From the NCBI GenBank assembly GCA_002269645.1, contig NIVC01001309.1, positions 1 through 64,000 of the forward strand: 64,000 bases of DNA, read 5' to 3'. The translations under genes and the position numbers were made by a program. The notes under the pieces were generated by a model. It did no database searches. It saw only the letters and a list, made by a program, of their open reading frames with translations, and was not told the origin of the DNA. Below, piece by piece: positions 12,885-25,260 of the stretch. The stretch is from Macrostomum lignano. Lineage: Eukaryota. How positions within the stretch are numbered: position 1 is the first letter of the stretch; each line of letters opens with the position of its first letter.

Positions 12885-15800
12885 TCAATCTTCGGCCTCA
12901 GACTCGGCCGGGTTGCCGTGCAGAAACGGGCAGGTGTCACCTTTGAAGCACTCGCCAGCCGACCAGAACTTGCAGATGACCCGGTTGAGGTCGTGCGCGA
13001 ACTCGCAGTCCTCCTTCTTGCAGCGGCCTCGCAGTAGAAACGAACAGGCCCGCTTAGACTTCTCAAGCGGCGTCATCGGCTGCCGGCGAACCGGAGTTGG
13101 AGAAGTCTGCTGCTGCTGCTGCTTCTGATCCGGCTTGGGCGGCACCGGCTTCCGAGACCACATCTGGCAGCGAAGGCGGTCCAGCTGGGTCCACTGAGCC
13201 ATGCGGCCCAGCAACTCGTTGGCAGGCAGGGCGACTATGCCGGTTGCCATGGCAACTGTTGGTGGCTTAGCAACGGAGACACTAGACGACGCGGAGACGG
13301 AGACTGCGACAGATGCAGCAGCGGTGGAGCTGACCGAGCCCTGGTCGCTGGTGGCGTCCTCCGCAATGTCGTCAATGTCGAGCAGCGCCTGCGGCGGCAA
13401 TTCCTCCTCTTGGCTGGGCAGGTTGTCGAAATCGTGATCGCTGAGCAGCTGCAGATGGGGGATGGCTGACTGACTGACTGACTGACTGACTGCCTGACTG
13501 ACTGACTGACTGACTTGAGTGAGTGACTGACTGACTGACTGACTGACTGCCTGACTGACTGCCTGACTGACTGACTGACTGCCTGACTGACTGACTGACT
13601 GACTGCCTGACTGACTGACTGACTGACTGACTTCCTGACTGACTGCCTGACTGACTGACTGACTGACTGACTGCCTGACTGCCTGACTGACTGACTGACT
13701 GACTGACTGACTGCCTGACTGACTGCCTGACTGACTGACTGACTGACTGACTGACTGCCTGACTGACTGACTGACTGACTGACTGACTGACTGACTGACT
13801 GACTGACTAATTAACTGACTGCCTGACTGACTGACTGACTGACTGACTGACTGACTGACTGACTGATTAACTAACCAACAAGCCAGGTATAGCATACACA
13901 CCTCAGCCTCATCCTCCATCAAGGACATGCCAGTGAGCAGTCCGCAGTTGGTATTAACGGCACCAATAATCTGCTCGCTGTCGGGCAAATCCAGCGACAG
14001 AGGCTCCGACAACCGATTAAGAAGAAGTCTGTCGGGATCTGCTTTGCTGCTACTAGAAGCAGGTGCGGCGGCAGCTGCGGAAGCCAATTCGTCTTCAATC
14101 TCCCTGTTGAAGCTGTGCAGAATGTGGCTGACGAGCTGAAGGATCTCAGAGCCTTCGCTAGTGACGCTGACAGCATCGTCTCCGTCTTCATCTTCCTCCT
14201 CAGCCTCCACAGCTTCATCCAGTTCCTTCTCGTCAGCTTCCAACTCCTCTTCCAGCTCCTCATCCCCGAGGTACTCGTCGCCCTCTAGGAAGCCTTCGTC
14301 GGTGGTGGCGGCCGCCGATGCACAGGAGGCCACAACGCGGCGTTGTCGGCGATGAAGTCGACGGCCAGGCAGCCGGTTCTGGTGCTGCAGGCTGAGCGGC
14401 GGGCCTCTGCAAGTTCAGTTTGAGCAGCGGGTGAGCAGCACGATTGGGACGGACTTATAAATAGACGACAGTTTAAAGTAGGGATTCATAGAAAGATGCC
14501 TTTGTAAGATTCTTAGAAAGATCGCTTCTTAAAGTAGAGATTCTTAGAAACAGAGCAACTTTTAAAGTAAAGCTTTTTGGCAACAAAGCGACATTTTTAA
14601 AGTAGAGATTCTCGGAAACAAAGCGACATTCATGAAGTAGAGATTCTTGGAAACAAAGCGACATTCATGAAGTAGAGATTCTTGGAAACAAAGCGACATT
14701 CATTAAGTATTGATTCTTGGAAACAAAGCGACATTCATTAAGTATTGATTCTTGGAAACAAAGCGACATTCATTAAGTATTGATTCTTGGAAACAAAGCG
14801 ACATTCATAAAGTAGAGATTCTTGGAAACAAAGCGACATTCATGAAGTAGAGATTCTTGGAAACAAAGCGACATTCATGAAGTAGAGATTCTTGGAAACA
14901 AAGCGACATTCATGAAGTAGAGATTCTTGGAAACAAAGCGACATTCATTAAGTATTGATTCTTGGAAACAAAGCGACATTCATTAAGTATTGATTCTTGG
15001 AAACAAAGCGACATTCATTAAGTATTGATTCTTGGAAACAAAGCGACATTCATAAAGTAGAGATTCTTGGAAACAAAGCGACATTCATGAAGTAGAGATT
15101 CTTGGAAACAAAGCGACATTCATGAAGTAGAGATTCTCGGAAACAAAGCGACATTCATGAAGTAGGGATTCTCGGAAACAAAGCGACATTCATGAAGTAG
15201 AGATTCTTGGAAACAAAGCGACATTCATGAAGTAGAGATTCTTGGAAACAAAGCGACATTCATGAAGTAGAGATTCTTGGAAACAAAGCGACATTCATGA
15301 AGTAGAGATTCTTGGAAACAAAGCGACATTCATTAAGTATTGATTCTTGGAAACAAAGCGACATTCATTAAGTATTGATTCTTGGAAACAAAGCGACATT
15401 CATTAAGTATTGATTCTTGGAAACAAAGCGACATTCATAAAGTAGAGATTCTTGGAAACAAAGCGACATTCATAAAGTAGAGATTCTTGGAAACAAAGCG
15501 ACATTCATGAAGTAGAGATTCTTGGAAACAAAGCGACATTCGTGAAAAGTCTGTAGCTGGTTTCTTACAAAAATGTAGCGATTCTTAGAAAAAACTACAG
15601 TTTAACAGTTTAATCATCCATATGTTACCTCCCCAGCCATACCTAGCCCAAGCCGAGCCGGCATATCTGCCGGAGCCGTCGATCGGTTTATTCGCAGCTC
15701 TACTAGCAGAGCCTCCAGCGGCCTCGAAACAGCCGTCGCGCCTCAGCGCTTCGGCCAGGGCGGGAAAGGCGCAGACATAGTCCTCGGTGGCGGCGGCGGC

Positions 15801-18800
15801 TGGAGCGGCAAGCTCCTCAGGCGTGCTGGCCTGGCCCGAGTCCGTCACATCGATAGTCGCTCCGCTGTCCTCGTCTGCAGTGCCAGCAGCAGCAGCAACA
15901 ACAACTGTAGGCGAAATTCCATCAACAATGTCTTCGACTTGGTTGGTTGCGCTGGCTTTGACCCGGAATCGGAACTCGCCGCCAGCGCCGGGACTGCCGA
16001 CCTCTTCTTCGGCTAGCTGAGGCAGCCGCTTGGGGTTCGGCTGCAGAGCTGCGCCGCCTGTGGCAGCGTTGAGCCGCCTTAGGCGGTAGCACAGCTCGTC
16101 TGTAGTGGGCGAACAGAGACGGAATTTTAAAGGACTTCTTGAACTTTTATTAAGGGACTTCTTGAACTTTTATTTAAGGACTTCTTGAACTTTTATTAAG
16201 AGACTTCTTGAACTTTTATTTAAAGACTTTCTGAACTTTTATTAAAGGACTTCTTGAACTTTTATTAAAAGACTTCTTGAACTTTTATCAAGGGACTTCT
16301 TGAACTTTTATTAAGACTTCTTTGAACTTTACTAAAGGACTTCTTGAACTTTTATTAAGGGACTTCTTGAACTTTTATTAAAAGACTTCTTGAACTTTTA
16401 GAATGGCATTTATAAAAACTCTGTTTAGACTACTTGAGTTAGTAGGGTGTTAAGCGCTAACACAAAAACTTTTGGACGACTCTTTTACAATTCTGAAACT
16501 CGTTGAGTCGTTAAAAAGTCGCAAGAGTCGCTGGAATCACTGGTGAGTTGTTTGCAATGACTCTAGCGGTTCTTGTTATGGAAATGTTGTCAACGGGCGC
16601 CGTTATTTTGTCCAATAAAGACTACCTCCTATCACTTCAACACAGCCTTACCAATCAACTCGTCCAATTCGTAGGGGTCATTGCAAGCCGACTGCAGGCA
16701 TTGCACCGCCTCGGCCCGCTTCCTGCTGCTCACGCCGCTGGCCAGCCCGATGGCAGCTTCGCTTGAGGAGTCAGAGAGCAGAGTGGCTTGCTGCTGCTGC
16801 TGCTGCTGCTGCCTCCTGCGCCTCGACTTTCGACCAGGCCGTTTGACTCCGGCGGCAGAGTCCGACTCCTGATCGGAGACTTCGCTTCTGCGCGAGTTTG
16901 CCGGGTTTGAAAATCAATGAGTTGCTATATAATATTTATGCCTGTTTATTAACATTAATTATTTACTATTACAAAGACGGTTGCATTTACCAAAACTATT
17001 ATTAAGTAAAACTGCCATAGACATGCTATATAGCTGCGTATCGTATACTCGTACTCGATTCTATTATCTGGCAGATAGATTAGCAATCCTTTAGAATCCT
17101 TCATCTAGCAGATACATTAGCAATCCGTTATAATCCTTTATCTGGCAGATAGATTAGCAATCCGTTATAATCCTTTATCTGGCAGATAGATTAGCAATCC
17201 GTTATAATCCTTTATCTGGCAGATAGATTAGCAATCCGTTATAATCCTTTATCTGGCAGATAGATTAGCAATCCGTTATAATCCTTTATCTAGAAGATAG
17301 ATTAGCAATCCGTTATAATCCTTTATCTGGCAGATAGATTAGCAATCCGTTATAATCCTTTATCTAGAAGATAGATTAGCAATCCGTTATAATCCTTTAT
17401 CTAGCAGATAGATTAGCAATCCGTTATAATCCTTTATCTAGCAGATAGACTAGCAATCTGTTATAATCCTTTATCTGGCAGATAGATTAGCAATCCGTTA
17501 TAATCCTTTATCTAGCAGATAGACTAGCAATCCGTTATAATCCTTTATCTAGCAGATAGACTAGCAATCCGTTATAATCCTTCATCTAGCAGATAGACTA
17601 GCAATCCGTTATAATCCTTTATCTAGCAGATAGATTAGCAATCCGTTATAATCCTTTATCTAGCAGATAGATTAGCAATCCGTTATAATCCTTTATCTAG
17701 CAGATAGACTAGCAATCCGTTATAATCCTTTATCTAGCAGATAGATTAGCAATCCGTTATAATCCTTTATCTAGCAGATAGATTAGCAATCCTTTATAAT
17801 CCTTCATCTAGCAGATAGACTAGCAATCCGTTATAATCCTTTATCTAGCAGATAGATTAGCAATCCGTTATAATCCTTTATCTAGCAGATAGACTAGCAA
17901 TCCGTTATAATCCTTTATCTAGCAGATAGATTAGCAATCTGTTATAATCCTTTATCTAGCAGATAGATTAACAATCCGTTATAATCCTTTATCTAGCAGA
18001 TAGATTAACAATCCGTTATAATCATTTATCTAGTAGATAGATTAACAATCCGTTATAATCCTTTATCTAGCAGATAGATTAACAATCCGTTATAATCCTT
18101 TATCTAGCAGATAGATTAGCAATCCGTTATAATCCTTTATCTAGCAGATAGATTAGCAATCCTTTATAATCCTTCATCTAGCAGATAGACTAGCAATCCG
18201 TTATAATCCTTTATCTAGCAGATAGATTAGCAATCCGTTATAATCCTTTATCTAGCAGATAGACTAGCAATCCGTTATAATCCTTTATCTAGCAGATAGA
18301 TTAGCAATCTGTTATAATCCTTTATCTAGCAGATAGATTAACAATCCGTTATAATCCTTTATCTAGCAGATAGATTAACAATCCGTTATAATCATTTATC
18401 TAGTAGATAGATTAACAATCCGTTATAATCCTTTATCTAGCAGATAGATTAACAATCCGTTATAATCCTTTATCTAGCAGATAGATTAACAATCCGTTAT
18501 AATCATTTATCTAGTAGATAGATTAGGAATCCATTGTGATCATTGCTTTTAGTTTATACTCGTATAATAGAAGTTTGAGATCACCTAGAAAGAGTTACTA
18601 AATATTTATTCCGACTAAGGCATTATTGCATTAAAATTTGCATGGATGCACGAAGCCTAAGGCTACTTAAAAGGCAGCAAAAAGATAAGATAAAGATATC
18701 TTGGGTATAATATTTATAATTCATTCCGACTGCGTACTTTAAAGGTACACGTCCAATGTACATTAGAGAAATTTATCCATGTGCCAGACCCTAAAATCAG

Positions 18801-19940
18801 CATGTCTGGCACAGCTCTACATTATATAATAGAGTTCTGCTTATCCATGGCAGCGTGGACTATCCTAGCTAGTAACAAAAATTTAACTTTTAAGATAAGT
18901 GATCTGATACTAACTGCCAAGTGAAAGGTAAATCTTATAATGCAAAATTATGAGGATTTCTACTTTTAAACTTGACATGGTTGCTATTTTAATTAAGTTT
19001 AGCACAGCCTAAAAATAGTACGGTATCAAATACAGAACTGGAGGTCTTGGAATAAGGATCTGGGAGGCTGGCCCAGTAACTGAGGATCTGGGAGGCTGGC
19101 CCAGTAACTGAGGATCTGGGAGGCTGGCCCAGTAACTGAGGATCTGGGAGGCTGGCCGAGCAACTGAGGATCTGGGAGGCTGGCCCAGCAACTGAGGATC
19201 TGGGAGACTGGCCCAGAAACTGAGGATCTGGGAGGCTGGCCCAGCAGCTGAGGATCTGGGAGACTGGCCCAGAAACTGAGGATCTGGGAGGCTGGCCCAG
19301 CAGCTGAGGATCTGGGAGGCTGGCCCAGCAGCTGAGGATCTGGGAGGCTGGCCCAGCAGCTGAGGATCTGGGAGGCTGGCCCAGCAGCTGAGGATCTGGG
19401 GGGCTGGCCCAGCAGCTGAGGATCTGGGAGGCTGGCCCAGCAGCTGAGGATCTGGGAGGCTGGCAACTGAGGATCTGGGAGGCTGGCAACTGAGGATGTG
19501 GGAGGCTAGCTGCATAGCAACTGAGGATGTGGGAGGCTGGCTGCATAGCAACTGAGGATGTGGGAGGCTGGCTGCATAGCAACTGAGGATGTGGGAGGCT
19601 GGCTGCATAGCAACTGAGGATGTGGGAGGCTGGCTGCATAGCAACTGAGGATGTGGGAGGCTGGCTGCATAGCAACTGAGGATCTGGGAGGCTGGCCACC
19701 CAAAAGACATGACAAGAAGCGCACGCAGAATGAAGCAATTCCCTCCGCAACTTACCGTTCAAACTCGGCATCGTCCAGCTGCAGCAGCGAGATGAGGTAC
19801 CGAGAGTACACAGCCGGATCAATGCCCCGCATATCCAACTGAGCTTCAAGCCAGCCAAACAGCCGCTGAGTTGAGGGGCCGGGAAGCCGACGACTGTGCA
19901 GAGCGGAGCCATAGCGCACGATGGCTGTGCCCCTGCCCAT
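12885..19940 (-). CDS. Protein with an N-terminal CCDC43/PWI-like region and C-terminal tandem CCCH zinc fingers; exons complement(19756-19940, 16652-16887, 15643-16099, 13902-14406, 12885-13448)
   Basis: All four introns are GT-AG with matching phases (2,1,2,0), giving one open frame. N-terminal WLEAQLDMRGIDPAVYSRYLISLL...RKRAEAVQCLQSAC..ELDELIDELCYRL; acidic middle; C-terminal CSFLLRGRCKKEDCEFAH and CKFWSAGECFKGDTCPFLH (C-x7-C-x4/5-C-x3-H). The start codon is uncertain; an AG acceptor at ~19980 suggests an upstream exon or trans-splicing. Confidence 0.85.
13466..13865. repeat. (GACT)n microsatellite with GCCT variants, intron 4 of the CCCH gene
   Basis: Direct reading. Confidence 0.97.
14575..15541. 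repeat. 35-bp minisatellite (AGTAGAGATTCTTGGAAACAAAGCGACATTCATGA), intron 3 of the CCCH gene
   Basis: Period 35 (e.g. 14641 and 14676). Two variant unit types alternate in blocks. Confidence 0.97.
16128..16400. repeat. ~23-bp minisatellite (AAGGACTTCTTGAACTTTTATT), intron 2 of the CCCH gene
   Basis: About 11 imperfect copies. Confidence 0.93.
17070..18530. repeat. 37-bp minisatellite (AGCAGATAGATTAGCAATCCGTTATAATCCTTTATCT), intron 1 of the CCCH gene
   Basis: Period 37 (e.g. 17584 and 17621), about 39 copies. Confidence 0.97.
19057..19695. repeat. 28-bp array grading into a 31-bp array (CTGAGGATCTGGGAGGCTGG core), intron 1 of the CCCH gene
   Basis: The unit changes from ...GGCCCAGCAG to ...GGCTGCATAGCAA near 19490. 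Confidence 0.95.
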
Positions 19941-20547
19941 CCTGCCTGCCAGCTTGCACTCCAATTGCTGCGTGCTTGCCTTATGAGAAATAGTATTGAC
20001 CGTTGCTAGTAGGCCGACTCAATAGTCTTATTGTGATCAGTCAGTTATTATGAGAAAAACTATCTAATAAACTTGTTAAGTTAGATTGGAATTAGAAGAA
20101 TACTAAGCTATAAAAAAATCAGATGACAAATGAAACAATGATGAAAATAAAATGATAACTTGTAATTGAATTCTAAAATTATAGAACTTCATATATATTA
20201 TTTAAATAGAAAGGTGCAAATTGACTATAACTAGGCCTATAGCATCTTAAATTGGTCAAGAATTGCAGTCTCTAGAGCATTATAGATAAACATACAAACC
20301 TTAGAGATTTAGTATATTTAGATTAATTAATTAATTAATATCTATTATCTAGGTCTAATCATGAATAAAGAATCATGCTTAATTTTATAGGCCTAGTTTA
20401 ATACCATAGTCTAGATAGAGCTAATGTCATTTATATTAAAAGTTTATAATTATAAAATGAACTTGAATTTAGGATTAGAAGAGGTAATTCGCCTTTTAGA
20501 CCAATTATTTCTATGATCAATATAACCAAATATGAAATAAGAAGCTT

Positions 20548-20870
20548 ATACCTTTTCTAGACATTCATATCAATCTTGAAAGTGATTGTATGTCTACTAA
20601 AGTTTGTTATAAACCTACCTACACTAGTCTTCTATTAAACTTCAATGCCAAGCCTAATGGAAAGTGGGTCTGCTGCATAATGTGTTCCATTGGGCTTTTG
20701 AAATCTATACAAGTTTTCACAAAGAAGTCTACTTAATCAGCACCTTTTTTGCCAAAAACAACTACCCAAAGCAGTTCCTTAATTATCACATTAAGAGATT
20801 CTATAAGAGGACAGTTGGGAATCAGAACAATAGACAGAAAAAGAGAAAGAAAAAGAAGGATATCTGATGA
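20548..20870 (+). mobile_element. Penelope-like retroelement, decayed RT C-terminal/thumb fragment
   Basis: Translates, with one frameshift, as IPFLDIHINLESDCMSTKVCYKPTYTSLLLNF / GLLHNVFHWAFEIYTSFHKEVYLISTFFAKNNYPK. This matches the PLE consensus LPFLD..(T.VYRKPTHT..YL.F)..NGYP. Confidence 0.8.
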
Positions 20871-21152
20871 CTGATTGCCAGAAGTCTTCTTCTCTTCTAT
20901 GGGTCTGTTTCTCTGCATTTTAAAAAGAACCTATCAAAGTATTTAATAATGTCATATGTTAGTGCGCAAGCTCTAATCATCTAATGTTCATACTGTATAT
21001 CCAAGTATATTTTTTGTCTATGGTCTTTATTTTAAGAACAGCGGCCTACCAAATATATACTCTTATGCAAACAATGGACCATGGCTAGCAAGTACTTAGT
21101 CAGAAGCACCCTCATTCTACATTGCATAGTCTCATCGGCCATAACTCAACAG

Positions 21153-22486
21153 TGGTGACGAGGATGGGATCCATTGGTAGAATCTCTGCACTCATGGAAA
21201 ACTCTAATGTAAATGTCTACCTAGAGAGGTTTAACCAATTCCTCAAATACAAGATCAAAGATGAGGCAAAGGTTGCAATGCTTGTGACTACCATTGGAGA
21301 AGAGGCATACAAAGTGCTCTGCAATCTGTGCCAGCCCAATGCTGTGTCATACAAAGATCTGGTGAAACTTCTAAAAGAGCACTATGCTCCAAAGACTTGT
21401 ATGCTCTTGGCAAGATTTCGGTTCCAGCAGAGCTTTGCTGACTTTATTTCCAGTCTCAAGGCCACATCAGAGCACTGTAAACTTGGCATGGCTGATCAAA
21501 TAAAAGAGGCTGAGGGATCAACTTGTCTTTGGTCTTTGCAGCAACTCTCACTGTGCCAAGCTTTTAGAAATAGAAAAGCCAGACCTTCAAGCTTTGATTT
21601 ACAAGGTCAATGCTCTTGAAGCAGCTGAGATGAACTCTACTGAGATGGCGCATAAAGCGGAACTGGTGGCTTACCTGCAGTCCTCCAAGAAGCCGGCATC
21701 CAAGGTCAGCAAAAATAGTCAAGAGTCTCCAGCTAGCATCAACCAGGCAAGTTGGGCAGCGGGAGTATGTGCTATCTGTGGTAGTGCCCACAGTCGGCAG
21801 CAATGCAAACCTCGCAGGGCTAAGTGCCACAACTGTGGCAAGGTTGGCCATATCTGGAAGGTGTGCAGATCCTCTAAGCTGCACAAGATGGATACAGAGA
21901 TGGCTGAGCTGCAGGAGCCCATCTTCAGCATTCGCCCAAATGGATCGAGCAAGGGACTGAGAGTCAAGTTGCTGCTGCAAGGCCAGCCATGTTGTTTTGA
22001 GGTGGACACTGGGTCCACCCTCACCATCATCCCAAAAGCAATTCAGAAGAAGGTGCTGCCTGGACTTTGCCTGTCGCCAACTTCCACAGTGCTTGGAACC
22101 TACACTGGCAAGAGCTTCCAGCCAGTTGGTCAGGCAGACATCACCATCTAGCACAACAGCCAGGGTTGGCAACTGATGCTATTGGTGGTCAAGCTGAAGC
22201 GTAGCAACCTTGCACTGCTCAGCCATGATTGGCTGATAGAGCTGAAGCTAGACTGGTAGACTGGCCAAACATCCTTAGTCAAGTCAACTCAGTGGCTAGT
22301 GAAGCTGGCGACCTGTTACCACAGTTCCCCGAGGTCTTCCAAGGTGGCTTGGGCACCTATCAGTATGGGAAAGTCATGCTACACATGCCAGTAGAGGCCA
22401 AGCTGTGCTTCTTTAAGGCCAGACTGGTTCCCTATGCTCTCAGGCATCCCATTGACAAGGAGCTGCGATGGAATCCATCTTTTTGA
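21153..22486 (+). mobile_element. Degenerate Ty3/Gypsy (Mag-like) LTR retrotransposon: PBS, gag, zinc knuckle, protease and start of RT; 3' truncated
   Basis: ...TCAACA followed by TGGTGACGAGGA (PBS-like, 21153-21164) and ATG at 21164. Gag YLERFNQF..AMLVTTIGEEAYKVLCNLC; knuckle CHNCGKVGHIWKVC; aspartic protease FEVDTGSTLTII; RT start FPEVF..G..FFKARLVPYALR..IDKEL. Multiple frameshifts and stops. Confidence 0.9.
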
Positions 22487-22787
22487 GGGAAAACGGTATT
22501 TAAATTTGAAGTTTTTTGGTGACTACCATTATAAGAAAATTGGTACATTTATTTAAAAAATTGAAATGCTATGTTTATAGCTATTTATAAGTAAGTGTCA
22601 TTATCCCTTTACTAATTTTAATGCTTCTAATAAAAACATTAAAGTAAAAATATAGATAAAACTAACCAACACCTATATAGTATATATGAGCTAGGCCCTA
22701 TACTATAGTCAAGATAGTTTTTTCAAGGAAAATTCCAATACAAAAAGATGTTAAATATGAATAATGCTAGTGTAGAGCATTCTGGTA

Positions 22788-23057
22788 CATACATGCGCAA
22801 CTGCTGGCCGACCTGGCCGATCTGGCCACCATAAATTGTGGTGGACCAGGAGTAAGTTGCAAAAATGCCACCCCAAAGAATACAAATGTAGTACTAATTA
22901 GATGCCGAGGCATTTAGGCCTAATAAGACAGTCATAGTTACTCCTTACCCAAAACTGCGTTAATTTTGCTTTAGGGTTTCTTTCACAAGTAAGTTGCATT
23001 TTTGGTCAAAAAGTAAGTTGCATGGCCAGTGTAAATCAGGGAGGTTGCACATGTATG
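22788..23057. mobile_element. hAT-type MITE, 270 bp
   Basis: TIRs CATACATGCGCAAC / GTTGCACATGTATG (13/14 match). Perfect 8-bp TSD TTCTGGTA at 22780-22787 and 23058-23065. Confidence 0.88.
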
Positions 23058-24121
23058 TTCTGGTATAATAATAGGCCTAGGCAGAGGAGAATCTGATATA
23101 ATATAGCATAAGACAAAAAATCTAGCAAGACAATATTTTAGTAGAAAAATAGCCATTTTTGTTTGCTAGTATATTGATAGCAATTTCAAGTAAAATATGT
23201 TAATTCAATTAATACATAAATCAAATCAAATATGTTCAATTAAAATACATTTAAAACATTGTATTTTCTATGCAACAGATTCAAATACAAGTTTCAACCA
23301 ATATTTTTAAATGGAAAATATTGATTTGTGTTGTTGCATTCTTTTGCAACCAAAGTTTTGGCATATAACATGGCACAAGCAAACTTATTTGATAGGACTA
23401 GGCTTAGGCTAGGCTAGTTCTAGCATATAGTGCAATCAAACTTTTGGCATTCCTTTGGTTTACATTTATCCCAAACAGTGACAATCACCTTAAATAATGA
23501 CGATCACTACAAAAAACAGTTGTAAGACATAAAATCCATAGTTTACAATAAAACAAAATCAAATGTTAGATGGTAAGATTGTTGTAGCACCTTATATTTC
23601 ACCTTCAGTTTATGATCACCCAAACATATATTGCCAATTAAAATGATTGCAAACTGAAACTGGCTATAAGAAAGTATACTAAGGGTTGACATACTTTCCT
23701 ACAGCTAGCTTTGGTTCACGATCATTTCAACGGAGTGCATGTATAAAAGTGATCCTAAACCAAAAGTGAAGAGGGATACAGCACTAAAGATTAATTATAC
23801 TAAGCTAGGGTTGACATGCTTTTCCTATAGCCAGCTTTGGTTCACAATCATTTCAATGGGCAATATACATTTGGGCAATTGTTAACCAAAGGTGAAATTT
23901 AAGGTGCTATGACAATCTTACTATTGTTTAAAATAAACTTTCTTTTGAAATATATAAGCTACTAGTGAACCAATATACAATCCTTTCAATTTCAAATAAA
24001 CAAAGTTAGGCCTAGGGCCTAGTTGATCAGCCAACTTTTGCTGTCTTTTCATTTGAAACTACTGTTGGTTTTTTGTCTTAGTTTTGAACATGCCATTTTT
24101 GCCCTGCAGTAAGCAAAAAAT

Positions 24122-25260
24122 TAGTGTTCCGCCACCGCGAGTTTTGACCTCCGTAACCGTAACCGTAGCCATAAGAAAGAAGCAACTTCCGTAGCCAAAT
24201 TTTGCCGTCATTACGGGCTAAAAAAGTCCATAACCGTAATTTGCCGTAACCGTAGCCGTAGTGTATAACAAAAATTGATATTTTTGCATGAAAAGTGGGG
24301 CAGACAGAAAAGGACAGATAAAAAGGATAAAAGGATAGCAATAAAACCTACTTGTTGTTTGTTCATGCATTAATATTCATTTATTTTTTCATAAATATAA
24401 TATCTTTATCTAAGTATTCTTTAGCATTGTTGTATGCAATTGTGTGCTTGGTGCCTTTTTCAGTTTTCTATGTTGTGATTCTGTTTTGTTTTGCTACAAT
24501 ATGAATATATGATTGATGTGCCAAGGTCAATGTGTATGTTTAATATCATTAAATAAATATATGAATTTGTTCAAATAAAACTGCTTCAAAATTTCCGATG
24601 ACTAAGAAATTGCATGTTACATTTTTTCTTTTTCATTTTATTGCATTGTCTATTGTATTGTCTTCTTTGGTTTCAATCAATTTTCAATCATAATTCATAT
24701 TCTTATCCTATTAGTATTTATTTAGTATTTCCTTATTAATATTCTTTCATCCTTATCCTCATAATCTAAATCTAATATCCTATTTTTATGCTAAGGAGCT
24801 AAATGCTACATATGGCTAAGAAATAAGAATGCCAGATTCTTAGTCTCTTGTAGGCTTTGACTGGCTCTCTCTGTCTCGCTGCTATCATGCTATCGCTATG
24901 CTATGCCATGCCATATGCCTAATGAGAAAATTCGTGAAAAAAATTGTTTTTCATTTTCAAAAAGTTTTGTAGATATTTAGAAACTTAACAAATGTAAAAA
25001 ATAATAATAACTAGTAAAACAAAATGAAAACTGGTTGAAGTTGATATAAAAAAATTCTTTTATAACACTAAACAGTTAAAAATAAATAATTTTTGTTACG
25101 GCTACCAATTATGGCAAGTCTAGAAAAATCTCCGTAATCCGTAACCGTAACCGTAAGCTCAAAATATGTCCGAAACCATAATCCGTAATGAAAATACGGC
25201 TTCAAAAGTGTCGTAGCCGTAATTTACTGTAGCCATAGCCGTAATTATGGCGGAACACTA
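24122..25260. mobile_element. Non-autonomous hAT element, 1139 bp
   Basis: Perfect 13-bp TIR TAGTGTTCCGCCA / TGGCGGAACACTA. Perfect 8-bp TSD CAAAAAAT at 24114-24121 and 25261-25268. Subterminal CCGTAA/CCGTAG repeats at both ends and an AT-rich interior. Confidence 0.93.

Noticed and set aside
14575-18530. 35- and 37-bp arrays as possible CRISPR repeats
   Set aside because: The units are head-to-tail with no unique spacers, there are no cas genes, and the context is a eukaryotic intron.
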